Positions 1 through 9,230 of a stretch of DNA of 64,000 nucleotides are shown here, in pieces; position 1 is the stretch's first letter, and each line of letters starts with the position of its first letter. A model generated the notes under the pieces. That model did no database searches and had not been told where the DNA came from. It saw nothing but the letters and a program-made list of their open reading frames with translations. The DNA lies in contig DAONDQ010000004.1 of the NCBI GenBank assembly GCA_035402645.1, positions 293-64,292 of the forward strand. The letters are read 5' to 3'. The DNA is from Candidatus Cloacimonadota bacterium (GTDB taxonomy: Bacteria; Cloacimonadota; Cloacimonadia; Cloacimonadales; DAONDQ01). Made by a program: the position numbers and the translations under genes.

Positions 1-470
1 AAAGCTATCTCACCTGTTCCCCAAGTATCACCAGTGGTAACGCGCTGAATCTTAACCATCAGTATTGAGGAATATACTTCGCTAGATGGAGCAGCCATAT
101 CAGCAATCAGAGTATCCAACTTCATCTTGTACTGATCGGTAGTAGCAAGTGTTATGGTCTTACTTCCACTGTTGGGAAGTGTAGCCGGTATTACATCACC
201 GTGATTGAACCATCCCCAAGTGAAGTCAAACACAATATTTCCATTTGCCGAAGCTATTGGAACATAGTGTATATGTACGCTATCACATGGAGTCTGAAGT
301 TTCTTTCGGTGTGTCATTTGGAAAATCATACTAAAAATATCGTTCCTTGCAATATGAGGGATAACTACACCCGTAGTACGAAGTTCCCTAAGAGTCCACT
401 GAGTAGTGCCGGATAGGGCAGTTCCTAGTATTCCCTGTACATCATCATGATATAAATGTCCGGATTTCAT
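1..470 (-). CDS. hypothetical protein of the tail-fibre operon (partial; C-terminus lies beyond the window edge)
   Basis: The minus-strand frame is open from the ATG at 470-468 (MKSGHLYHDDVQGILGTALSG...) to position 1. It starts 1 nt after the stop of the upstream fibre gene. No motif recognised. Confidence 0.5.
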   Translation of the reverse strand, partial: MKSGHLYHDDVQGILGTALSGTTQWTLRELRTTGVVIPHIARNDIFSMIFQMTHRKKLQTPCDSVHIHYVPIASANGNIVFDFTWGWFNHGDVIPATLPNSGSKTITLATTDQYKMKLDTLIADMAAPSSEVYSSILMVKIQRVTTGDTWGTGEIA

Positions 471-471
471 T

Positions 472-2829
472 TTATGCCTCTATCGTTTGTTTCATTACCC
501 ACGCACTAGACTCTCTGCGTTCGATAACGAAGTTATTACCACTGCGTCCGAATCTCCAACTTCCGTCTGTGGTAGGTTCGCCCCAGTAGTGGTACGAAGT
601 AGACGGAGTGATTAATGAATCAGCATTTATTTTCAGAGTCTGATCTGAAACTGCCGAACCCATTATACCGTAAAGTAATGCTTTAGCCTGTTCACCGGCA
701 GTGTCGGTTCTATCGATGCAATCAAATATTAAACGATTAGAACCAAGTTCATATTTACCGGCACAGTTACCTATGAAGGTATTATATGATTGAGTTGTTA
801 ATGCAAGTCCTGCATACTTACCAAGCACTATATTATAACTACCAGTAGTCAGAAGTCCAAGTGATTGATCGCCTATTACCACGTTTTCAGAACCAGTAGT
901 CAGTGCTCTCAAAGACATATAACCTATTGCTACATTTAAAGAGCCGGATGTAACACTTTGATACCCTAATGTTCCGTGTCCTATACCAATATTACCTACA
1001 CCTGTATTATTAGCAGGAGTGTTTGATCCGTCAATCGAGGATACACCTATACCAATATTGGAACTGCCTCTCATCTGATTCAAAGCATACTGACCTATGG
1101 CAATACAGTTTGTTGCAGTAGTAAGCATACCCGCGCATCCCATACCGATAGCTACATTAGCATATCCCGTACTTAGTGATTGTAAGCAGTTAGCGCCGAC
1201 CGCCACGTTATTGTATCCAGTGTATATAGTTTGAAGTGCAAGAGTTCCTATTGCTATGTTGTTTGATCCAACATTTCCAATATTAGGGTAAGCACCTTCC
1301 ATAGCTTGCTGACCGATTGCTACGTTATTTGATCCGTTCATCAATCTCATAGCCCAATATCCGATTGCAACGGAGTAATTAGAATCAGTAGTATCTACAC
1401 CGGTATTATAACCGATGAAGGTATTATTGAGACCAGTAGTTAATCCGTATCCTGCAGACCGACCTAAAGCTATGTTGTATGATGCCGTTGAACTGAAACT
1501 CATAGCTTGGTAACCGGCTACCACATTAAATGAACCAGTATTATTTGCAGGAGTTGCCGAACCAAACAGTGCTGCTGAACCGATTGCTATATTAGCATCG
1601 CCCTTCATATAATACATGGTACTGGGACCGACCGCTACGTTATGCGAATTAGTATCCATAGCTCTAGCTGCTGAATAACCAATCACAACATTGATCCCGC
1701 CGGTTGTCAAAGCACTACCTGTTGCAGCACCAACAAGAATATTACCTTGTGAAGTGGAAACGTTTGAACCGGCTTGATGCCCGATGGCTATGTTATATGT
1801 TCCGGTAGACATATAGAACAATGATTCATTACCTATGGCTATATTTCCGCCACCAGTATTCTGTTCGTAAGTAGCTGAACCGTATAACGCACAGTAACCG
1901 AAAGCTAAATTCTGACTACCTTTAACACCATACATAGCGCATGAACCGATCGCGGTGTTCGTGTATGCATCGACCATGTATAGACCGGCATAGTGACCGA
2001 GTAAAACATTGTCATGACCAGTAGTGATATTATATCCGGATTGATTCGCCAATGCAAGATTGCGAGTACCGCTTGTAAGTAATCCCAAAGTAGAGTAACC
2101 TATGCCGACGTTTCCACTTCCATCAATAATTGATGCTAAAGTAGCTACACCTATGGCTATATTACCACTGGGATTATTGTTTGTTCCGCCCTGTAAAGCG
2201 TTCGGTCCTACGGCTATATTGTTACTGCCGTTTAGATACTGTCCGGCTTGTGAGCCTATGAGAGTATTCGAGTTTCCAGTAGATAGACCATATCCTGCGT
2301 TTTGACCTAAGCAAACATTACTAGAGCCAGTTGTCAAAGCACGTAAACAGTTCATACCCATACCGGTATTGTACATACCGCTAGTGATATTATACATGCA
2401 ATCATTACCCATAGCAATATTGCCCGAACCAGTAACCGGATCAACATAACCGCTCATTGCCCTGTATCCGACGGCTACATTTGACCAACCAGTAGCTTTA
2501 TACAATGCCCAAGCACCAATGGCAGTGTTGTACCAAGCATCAACGGCACTACCTAATGCACTGTAACCGACCGCTACATTATCCGAGTTCTCAACTATTT
2601 TGTTACCGGCATATGAACCAATCAAAACATTACGATAACCAATAGTGAGGGCGTTACCAGTTCCCCTACCAATCAAAATGTTATCAATTCCAGTTGTCAA
2701 AGCAGAACCGCAAGATGCGCCCGCTTTTATATTAAACAATGTTTCGTCGTAGTAAGCGAAGATTGCTTTTGCATCAGCAACTTGCGCTCCCGTCGTAATA
2801 TTTACTAAGCCTTTTAATTCATTAGCCAT
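472..2829 (-). CDS. tail fibre / adhesin built from YadA-head (Hep_Hag-like) 14-residue repeats
   Basis: 785 aa. It carries dozens of G-x-x-N-[IV]-A-[IV]-G-x-x-[AS]-[LM] units, for example GSNNVAIGQQAMEG, GSNNIAIGTLALQT and GYNNVAVGANCLQS. The C-terminal domain is non-repetitive. The N-terminus, MANELKGLVNITTG, is shared with ORF 3833-4252. Confidence 0.7.
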   Translation of the reverse strand: MANELKGLVNITTGAQVADAKAIFAYYDETLFNIKAGASCGSALTTGIDNILIGRGTGNALTIGYRNVLIGSYAGNKIVENSDNVAVGYSALGSAVDAWYNTAIGAWALYKATGWSNVAVGYRAMSGYVDPVTGSGNIAMGNDCMYNITSGMYNTGMGMNCLRALTTGSSNVCLGQNAGYGLSTGNSNTLIGSQAGQYLNGSNNIAVGPNALQGGTNNNPSGNIAIGVATLASIIDGSGNVGIGYSTLGLLTSGTRNLALANQSGYNITTGHDNVLLGHYAGLYMVDAYTNTAIGSCAMYGVKGSQNLAFGYCALYGSATYEQNTGGGNIAIGNESLFYMSTGTYNIAIGHQAGSNVSTSQGNILVGAATGSALTTGGINVVIGYSAARAMDTNSHNVAVGPSTMYYMKGDANIAIGSAALFGSATPANNTGSFNVVAGYQAMSFSSTASYNIALGRSAGYGLTTGLNNTFIGYNTGVDTTDSNYSVAIGYWAMRLMNGSNNVAIGQQAMEGAYPNIGNVGSNNIAIGTLALQTIYTGYNNVAVGANCLQSLSTGYANVAIGMGCAGMLTTATNCIAIGQYALNQMRGSSNIGIGVSSIDGSNTPANNTGVGNIGIGHGTLGYQSVTSGSLNVAIGYMSLRALTTGSENVVIGDQSLGLLTTGSYNIVLGKYAGLALTTQSYNTFIGNCAGKYELGSNRLIFDCIDRTDTAGEQAKALLYGIMGSAVSDQTLKINADSLITPSTSYHYWGEPTTDGSWRFGRSGNNFVIERRESSAWVMKQTIEA

Positions 2830-2837
2830 AACGCACC

Positions 2838-3836
2838 TTATGATAATATTTTAGGGTTAGAATAAGTTGATGGATTAAGTATAGCTGCGAAATTAACTTT
2901 GTTATTTACATCGTTAATTAAAGTTGATTCCGGAATCAGAAGACTATTATTCATCCAATCCAATTCTATCCACTGATCCGGTTCCGTTGTAGAAGCCGAA
3001 ACATAAGCTAATCCATATGTAAGAAACATACATGGATTTGCTCCATTGGGTATTATAAACATTTGGTCTAAAGACATACTTGTTTTCTCAAGAGGAACAG
3101 GAATCTGTAATTTAGATACATCACCTATATAAGAACCAACTATTAGTTCTGCTGAAGGTTCTGTATCTTCACACATAACAAATCCGTAATAGCGAACTCC
3201 GGCAGCATTTACCATTGTACCAGTGCTGATTGATATACCATCCGAAGTAAAACCACTTATGCCGGTTGTTAAATCAGCAGTAGCTGCAAGAAAATAGCTA
3301 GAGTAATAATCAGCATGATTAGATGTCCTAAATATCGCAGGATGTGCACCCGCTCCTTTAATAACAACCACTACTTTTGATTTAGTGGTTAAATCTATTC
3401 CCAATCCAGTTAATGTCCTTGCTAAGCCATTACCATCATAATAAAATGATTGATAACGCATATTAGTGAGAGTTCTTCCATTATGTGCTGAAAGTCCCCA
3501 AAATTTATAATCTACTCCATTGGTATTAACTGATGCATGAGTTCCCAATCTCATTTCATTTCCATTATATGTTGCACCAAATCCACCAAGTATGTTGGCT
3601 ACGGCTGAACCTTTGCATCCGCCTAATATAGTTCCCATTACACCCTGCACGGCAGTATCGGCTTTAGTAACTATGAAATGTGGATCTTGTCCTGTTTGAA
3701 GAATTGAACCGGCTGAATCGCCAACATATGTTCCAAGGAAAAGACTTGCTTTTCCCCAAATGCACTGATTAGCGACCTTAGCGCCATGTCCTAAGATACT
3801 AAAATTTAAAGTACTATTTGAATCATTTTTAATCAT
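2838..3836 (-). CDS. hypothetical tail-fibre-module protein
   Basis: 332-aa ORF with a 4-nt overlap to the upstream ORF, sitting between two fibre genes. No motif recognised. Confidence 0.45.
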   Translation of the reverse strand: MIKNDSNSTLNFSILGHGAKVANQCIWGKASLFLGTYVGDSAGSILQTGQDPHFIVTKADTAVQGVMGTILGGCKGSAVANILGGFGATYNGNEMRLGTHASVNTNGVDYKFWGLSAHNGRTLTNMRYQSFYYDGNGLARTLTGLGIDLTTKSKVVVVIKGAGAHPAIFRTSNHADYYSSYFLAATADLTTGISGFTSDGISISTGTMVNAAGVRYYGFVMCEDTEPSAELIVGSYIGDVSKLQIPVPLEKTSMSLDQMFIIPNGANPCMFLTYGLAYVSASTTEPDQWIELDWMNNSLLIPESTLINDVNNKVNFAAILNPSTYSNPKILS

Positions 3837-4252
3837 TGTATCACCGATATGTTACCAGTTGAATTTATTACTAAAAATGTAGTATCTGCCACAACACAAA
3901 GCAAATCCACAGTATCGCGTTTATATGTAGCCTGTATTGCTCCATTCGTTCCAACAGTGGTTGGATAATCTCCCATAATTATCTGTTGTCCTGCAAACTG
4001 CTGAATACCCCATAATCCTTCTCCCATACCCACTACCTTAAATATAGTTCCTTTAACACATGTTTGGGGAAGTTTAAGACCTTGATAAGTTGCTTTTAAA
4101 ACTAAATGTATAGTATTAGGTGTTAAAATAACAACAGGTACACTATTTACATCTATCATTGATCTGTATCCCACTATACTTTGAAGATAGCGAGCATCCG
4201 GATCAACTTCTTGTCCGGTAGTTACATCCACTAATCCTTTGATGTTGCTCAT
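3833..4252 (-). CDS. small fibre-associated protein with a shared N-terminal docking motif
   Basis: 139 aa. The N-terminus MSNIKGLVDVTTGQEV parallels MANELKGLVNITTGAQV of the 785-aa fibre. Confidence 0.45.
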   Translation of the reverse strand: MSNIKGLVDVTTGQEVDPDARYLQSIVGYRSMIDVNSVPVVILTPNTIHLVLKATYQGLKLPQTCVKGTIFKVVGMGEGLWGIQQFAGQQIIMGDYPTTVGTNGAIQATYKRDTVDLLCVVADTTFLVINSTGNISVIQ

Positions 4253-4261
4253 ATTAGTTCC

Positions 4262-7147
4262 TTACCAAGTTGTTTCCACTACGTGACGGATAACAACATT
4301 GTCTGCTACCCAAATATAATTATAGCCACCATAGTAACCGCGTTCACCGTCTTTACCTGTCGATGTCGGTGTAGGTGCTGCACTAAGTGTCCTACGTGAT
4401 GCAATAGGCTGATTCTCGCTGTTACGGTAGAGCGTATAAGCTGCACCGTTAAATGCGTGTGAATCAAGTCCGGCATCGTAAGCGTATGCATTACCGGCAG
4501 TGTTCTTTTTGATTGTGAAATCAAAGTCGCCCGCTCCGGTATTGAATACAGAGTTCACTCCGCGTGTTTCAAATCCGATAGTAGGTCTAGTTGCAGTGTT
4601 GAAGAGTCCAACACCGAAGCAACTATTATAGATACAAGTTACCGCGCGGTCATTTGTAGCAAAGTACATCGGTTTGTTGGCATCGTTCGTGTTACCAAGA
4701 ACTACTGCTTCTGATTCTGCAATCGCGTTACCTGCAAGATCCTTAATAAAGGACGAACCCGCATAGGTCGCTCCGCACATTCTTATAAATGTACCTCTTG
4801 AAGTACCTCTGTTTGATGAAACAATCAATTCTGCAAGTCCTGCAGATGCACTGCCCAGTACCGACAACTGATTAGCAAAGCCATTAGTGATTTCAACAAA
4901 ATGTCCACTAATAGTAAGTTTGCTAGTGATTGACCAAGTACCGCCAAGTGTCATGCGAGCGACATCCATATTACCACTGACTATATCTGTTGTCGCGTGA
5001 GTATGACCGGTAAGAGAGAAGCTACTGAACGAGTAGCCACTGTCTTTAAGTATAGAACCTGTTGCGCCATTAAATGATGCGAAGTTTCCGTCTACTGCGC
5101 TTGTAGGACCGCTAACTATGCTATCAACATTGCGCTGAACAAGATTCCATTTGCTTCCAACAGTAGCTTGATCGCCGGATGCAGTTCCGTCGGTGTTACA
5201 AATCATCATATCACCAACTTCAACTATTGTACCGGATGATCCACCAATCTTTCCTGCTACTGAAACAACATACAGATGACCACAATCTGCTGCAGGATAA
5301 TTAGGAGAAGCTGCACAATCAATTACACCTTTGTACACTAGAGCATTTGCAGCTGCGATTAGACCATCAACATACAACTTATTTACAAGCTGATAGTCAG
5401 TAGTGGGAGATGCAGTAGGTCCGATTGGGAATGTTCCGAATGTATGAACATCTGTTCCCGCGTCGTAATTATATGCGATTCCAGAGGTTTTCTTATAGAT
5501 AAGGAAGTCCATATCTTGGGCATCCTTATTGAAGTAGTTAGCAAAAGCACCGGCAGTGTTACCATCGAATGATGCAATAACTTTACCGTTAGCTTCCAAC
5601 TGAATGAAACCACGTTGGAACTTCAATCTAGTATTAGTATCCGGAGTTCCTGCCATATAGTGACGTATGCTATCCGCTACCTGTATATCGCCATATATGA
5701 ATCTGACCACTGCACCGGAGATATCGAGAGTGGAATTGAGTGCCCAATCACCACTGAGAGGCATACGAGCGATATCAAGATTTCCACTTATTAAATCACT
5801 TGTTGCATGGCTATGACCGACCACCGATACAACATTTCCGGCAACAGTAACTTGTCCATCATTTCTGACTCTAAACAGGTCAGTATCAGACGAATTTGTT
5901 ACATGGAAAGCATCAACTTGATCATCACTTGTACGACCTTTAACTTTCAATCTGTCTTGAGATGTCCCGAGTGTACCTATTCCAAAACCGCCACTTGAGC
6001 CATTATAGAAGGAAGTGCTACTTCCACCGTTCATAACTATTCCTTGAGTGGAAGAGTTACCGCGATAGATATTGATTATACCACCAAGATTATCTGCACC
6101 AAATATGATACCAATATGATTAAATGTGGCTGCGGTATCTTCGAGCGTTAGGAATGTGAAAGTGGAATTATCTTTCGGTCCAATCATTCTGTGAGATGAC
6201 GTAACGGTCGACCATGTTCCGCCAACTGGCATAGCCAACGGATCGATTGTATCACCAGTATTATGTGCGCTAAGAACGGTCGTCGCGCGATCCCAAAGAT
6301 TTTCGGGAACTATTGCATCATCAACATACTTCTTATTAGCAAACTGATAATCCGTTGTTGGTGCTGCTGAAGGTCCGACAGGGAACGTGCTGAAAGTGTG
6401 CAAATCAAGTCCTGCATCATACTTATAAGCGTTGATTCCTGCGGTAGCTGCGCTTATGTTGAAGTCCAAATCTTGATGCCCGAAGTTGAAATCAATTACT
6501 CCGGACCCGAAAAGAAGACCATTGTAACTTATTCCGGAACTTATCTGTATGAGATTCAATCCACCTATTCTGCGAATAGTGGCAACACCACTTGCGCCTA
6601 AATAGAACTCAACACCGGTTGCAACTGTATTAACCATCTGAAACGCGAGAGCCTGTGCAGTTACATTGGTACTATTAAGTTTTACAGTTGTTGCTGATGC
6701 TAATGCGTTCTCGATTGTCAAATCACCAGTTACGTTCCAAGTTCCGCTAACTGGCATACGTGCGACATTGAGATTACCGCTTGAAAGGTCACCGGCTGAT
6801 CTCGTAGCAATGTCTGCGATGGACGACGTTGTCTTATCAATCATCGCCCAAGTATAATCATTGGCTGCAGGATAAACGTTACCCATTCTAGGTGCGCCCA
6901 TAGGTCCGAAGGATAGTACGCCCGATTGCATACTCGTATCAAGCCATGTGGCAGTTCCGGTATCCCATACCCACATAGTATCGGTAGAGCCAACGATTGC
7001 GAACCAACCCGCCTGTCCAGGTGTAGGCAAAGCTGCAGGATTTACATAGTATCCCTTGAAGTTCGCCAGTGATGCAAACTCTGCATGGTCATGACATACA
7101 AGACTTATGCCAAGTTTCTTTAAGAAAATGTCTACAACTGGAGTCAT
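4262..7147 (-). CDS. long tail fibre with a three-fold internal module repeat
   Basis: 961 aa. Three copies of SGN[LM][ND][VI]ARM[PT][VL][SG]G[TD]W are present. Three copies of ...YxYDAG[LT]DxH[TA]F... are also present. The first two of those are followed by PTTDYQxxNKxYVD, a common fibre-shaft motif. Confidence 0.7.
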   Translation of the reverse strand: MTPVVDIFLKKLGISLVCHDHAEFASLANFKGYYVNPAALPTPGQAGWFAIVGSTDTMWVWDTGTATWLDTSMQSGVLSFGPMGAPRMGNVYPAANDYTWAMIDKTTSSIADIATRSAGDLSSGNLNVARMPVSGTWNVTGDLTIENALASATTVKLNSTNVTAQALAFQMVNTVATGVEFYLGASGVATIRRIGGLNLIQISSGISYNGLLFGSGVIDFNFGHQDLDFNISAATAGINAYKYDAGLDLHTFSTFPVGPSAAPTTDYQFANKKYVDDAIVPENLWDRATTVLSAHNTGDTIDPLAMPVGGTWSTVTSSHRMIGPKDNSTFTFLTLEDTAATFNHIGIIFGADNLGGIINIYRGNSSTQGIVMNGGSSTSFYNGSSGGFGIGTLGTSQDRLKVKGRTSDDQVDAFHVTNSSDTDLFRVRNDGQVTVAGNVVSVVGHSHATSDLISGNLDIARMPLSGDWALNSTLDISGAVVRFIYGDIQVADSIRHYMAGTPDTNTRLKFQRGFIQLEANGKVIASFDGNTAGAFANYFNKDAQDMDFLIYKKTSGIAYNYDAGTDVHTFGTFPIGPTASPTTDYQLVNKLYVDGLIAAANALVYKGVIDCAASPNYPAADCGHLYVVSVAGKIGGSSGTIVEVGDMMICNTDGTASGDQATVGSKWNLVQRNVDSIVSGPTSAVDGNFASFNGATGSILKDSGYSFSSFSLTGHTHATTDIVSGNMDVARMTLGGTWSITSKLTISGHFVEITNGFANQLSVLGSASAGLAELIVSSNRGTSRGTFIRMCGATYAGSSFIKDLAGNAIAESEAVVLGNTNDANKPMYFATNDRAVTCIYNSCFGVGLFNTATRPTIGFETRGVNSVFNTGAGDFDFTIKKNTAGNAYAYDAGLDSHAFNGAAYTLYRNSENQPIASRRTLSAAPTPTSTGKDGERGYYGGYNYIWVADNVVIRHVVETTW

Positions 7148-7158
7148 GTTAGTTCTCC

Positions 7159-7473
7159 TTATTTATATGTTAGGAGAGCACGATTTGCAGCGATATTGTC
7201 AAATTTACCATCGCCGTCTGCCCATTCCGTTGTGATTACTGAACCAACAGTTGTTGACCGTTGTATCTGCCATACCGCTGCATTGACATTAGAACCACAA
7301 GCAGCCCGACAAGTATAAATGCAAAGAGGATCGGTAGTGTCCGTTATCTCTTTAAGAACGTCTGGCTCAATGATAACGATTTCACGCTTATCACCAGTTT
7401 CGTTCCTCTGCATGTTTCCTTCATCATACGGTCTCGGTAGACCATCGTACACGGGTTTGAATACCTTCTTCAT
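7159..7473 (-). CDS. small virion protein (portal-adjacent) carrying the N-terminal FKPVYD motif
   Basis: 104 aa, MKKVFKPVYDGLPRPYDEG..., with a 4-nt overlap with the portal gene stop. Confidence 0.5.
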   Translation of the reverse strand: MKKVFKPVYDGLPRPYDEGNMQRNETGDKREIVIIEPDVLKEITDTTDPLCIYTCRAACGSNVNAAVWQIQRSTTVGSVITTEWADGDGKFDNIAANRALLTYK

Positions 7474-9230
7474 GACGCACCTCTTGTCTTATTTTTATTA
7501 TTAATTGGATTCATATTTCCATCTTGGGAAATCTTTTTCATATCTTTAGCCATTGTCCCGTCAGCCATCTGCATCATGGCTTTCTTTCCACCTTGCGAAT
7601 TAGGATCGCCTTGAGCAGCTTGTATACGAGCAAGTCTTTCTGCGTGGTCTTGCGAGGCTTTCGCTGCTTCGCCTTTTGGGAAACCAATAGTTTCCGACGC
7701 CGTAGCATTGGAAACAAGTCCTGCTTCTGCAGCCTTCATAATGAATTCCGGATCGGTATTCATAACCTCAGCTGAATCAATTTCCTCGAATATCTCGTCC
7801 ATAGTGGTAGGAGATGCTTTATGCCCGAGAGTAAGTTGAGCAATATCCTTAGCTATGGCTTTCTGATATATCTTACTTGGAACAGTAATCATAACTTTAG
7901 CTTTCTTCATGGCTTCATCAGAACGTTCAGCTTCTGTCTGTAATGTGAACTGGCGAGGATAAGCTACTGTTACGTCATTAGGCTTATTCTCGTACATATG
8001 CCACAGTTCAGCTATGCGACGTTCAGTTGATTCAAGCATCACACCGAGATAAGCCAATCCGCTAACGAGACCTTCGTTGTCTAATTCCTTACTTTCAGCT
8101 GATGCCATACGAGGTCTGATATTATTGAGATTCAGAGAGATGAGTTCGCGTATTTCTTTCTTCATAGCATCCTGTTTCTCCATCGAAACCTTTAGAGGTT
8201 CGGGAGAAGGATGTATGAATCCCGGACGTTCTGAACCGACAGGATATTTACGCCCTTGTGCTGCACCAGTTACGATTTCTTTTGCCTTAGCTTGATCAGC
8301 TTCTTGAGTTGTTCCTTCTACTGGAGCAGTATTCCCACCTAATCCGCCAGTGCTAACCGCTGCAGTTGATGCGGTCTGTGCCTTACGGATGTACTCCATC
8401 ATATCACTTTTTGGATCATACTGTTCAGTATAGAACGGGAAATTTGATTTCGTTATGTAATTGATGTCGGAAGAAGCAATATTAAGAAGAGCAATCTGAT
8501 AATTGGCTATATCTGCCATCAATGCTTGCTTTGTTTCCAGTATGATAAATGGTATTTCTTTGATTTTCAAATCAAAACCGCTTATCTCGTTTCCTGCTTC
8601 ATCATACTCGGTAATGGAGACGCCCGCCGGTGTCCTAACTAAGTATCGGTAGGTTATCTCTATTTCGTCCGGAAGTCCCCACTGTTCATCAACGTCATTA
8701 CCATGACAACGAAGAAGCAGAACCGATAATTTGTTATCTTCGCCATACTGCCAAGAGAGAATATCCTCAGTAGGGAATGTGTATATGTATGGGTGCTTAT
8801 CTCCGAGGGTAGCCATCGTAGGTCCGATGTTCTTGTGCATATCCACGTATATGCCTACGCGAGCCATAGGAAGAAGTTCAGTTAATACGTTCTCGCCAAT
8901 GTAACCATTCATGCTTGAACCGTGTTCATCTACTCCACCAATCAATCCGGCTATGGCTTTCTGATATGATTCAGAACCATTTGTACGACGAATGTCGTTG
9001 GCTCGACTGAATATGGCTTTCCTAACGTCCTCGATAGCAGTTTTTGCGAAAGCCGGAACATAGGTAATAGCCTTCCTAACAAGGAAATCGTTATTCGTTT
9101 CCCTTGTGGAATAGTATTTAAGATACTGATCTATGAAATCGTCGCCACCGGCATATGTGTAACGCCACTTCTTCCACTTGTCATACATGGCTTTATATTC
9201 GGGATGACGAATATCAATCAGCTTACCCAT
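7470..9230 (-). CDS. portal protein
   Basis: 586 aa, starting 1 nt inside the TerL stop. Size, position and the flexible Gly/Lys/Asp-rich C-terminus fit a portal. The call rests on synteny rather than a motif. Confidence 0.7.
   Translation of the reverse strand: MGKLIDIRHPEYKAMYDKWKKWRYTYAGGDDFIDQYLKYYSTRETNNDFLVRKAITYVPAFAKTAIEDVRKAIFSRANDIRRTNGSESYQKAIAGLIGGVDEHGSSMNGYIGENVLTELLPMARVGIYVDMHKNIGPTMATLGDKHPYIYTFPTEDILSWQYGEDNKLSVLLLRCHGNDVDEQWGLPDEIEITYRYLVRTPAGVSITEYDEAGNEISGFDLKIKEIPFIILETKQALMADIANYQIALLNIASSDINYITKSNFPFYTEQYDPKSDMMEYIRKAQTASTAAVSTGGLGGNTAPVEGTTQEADQAKAKEIVTGAAQGRKYPVGSERPGFIHPSPEPLKVSMEKQDAMKKEIRELISLNLNNIRPRMASAESKELDNEGLVSGLAYLGVMLESTERRIAELWHMYENKPNDVTVAYPRQFTLQTEAERSDEAMKKAKVMITVPSKIYQKAIAKDIAQLTLGHKASPTTMDEIFEEIDSAEVMNTDPEFIMKAAEAGLVSNATASETIGFPKGEAAKASQDHAERLARIQAAQGDPNSQGGKKAMMQMADGTMAKDMKKISQDGNMNPINNKNKTRGAS

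Noticed and set aside
4262-7147. Diversity-generating retroelement acting on the repeated fibre modules.
   Set aside because: There is no reverse transcriptase in the window. The repeats are diverged throughout rather than differing at adenine-specific positions.
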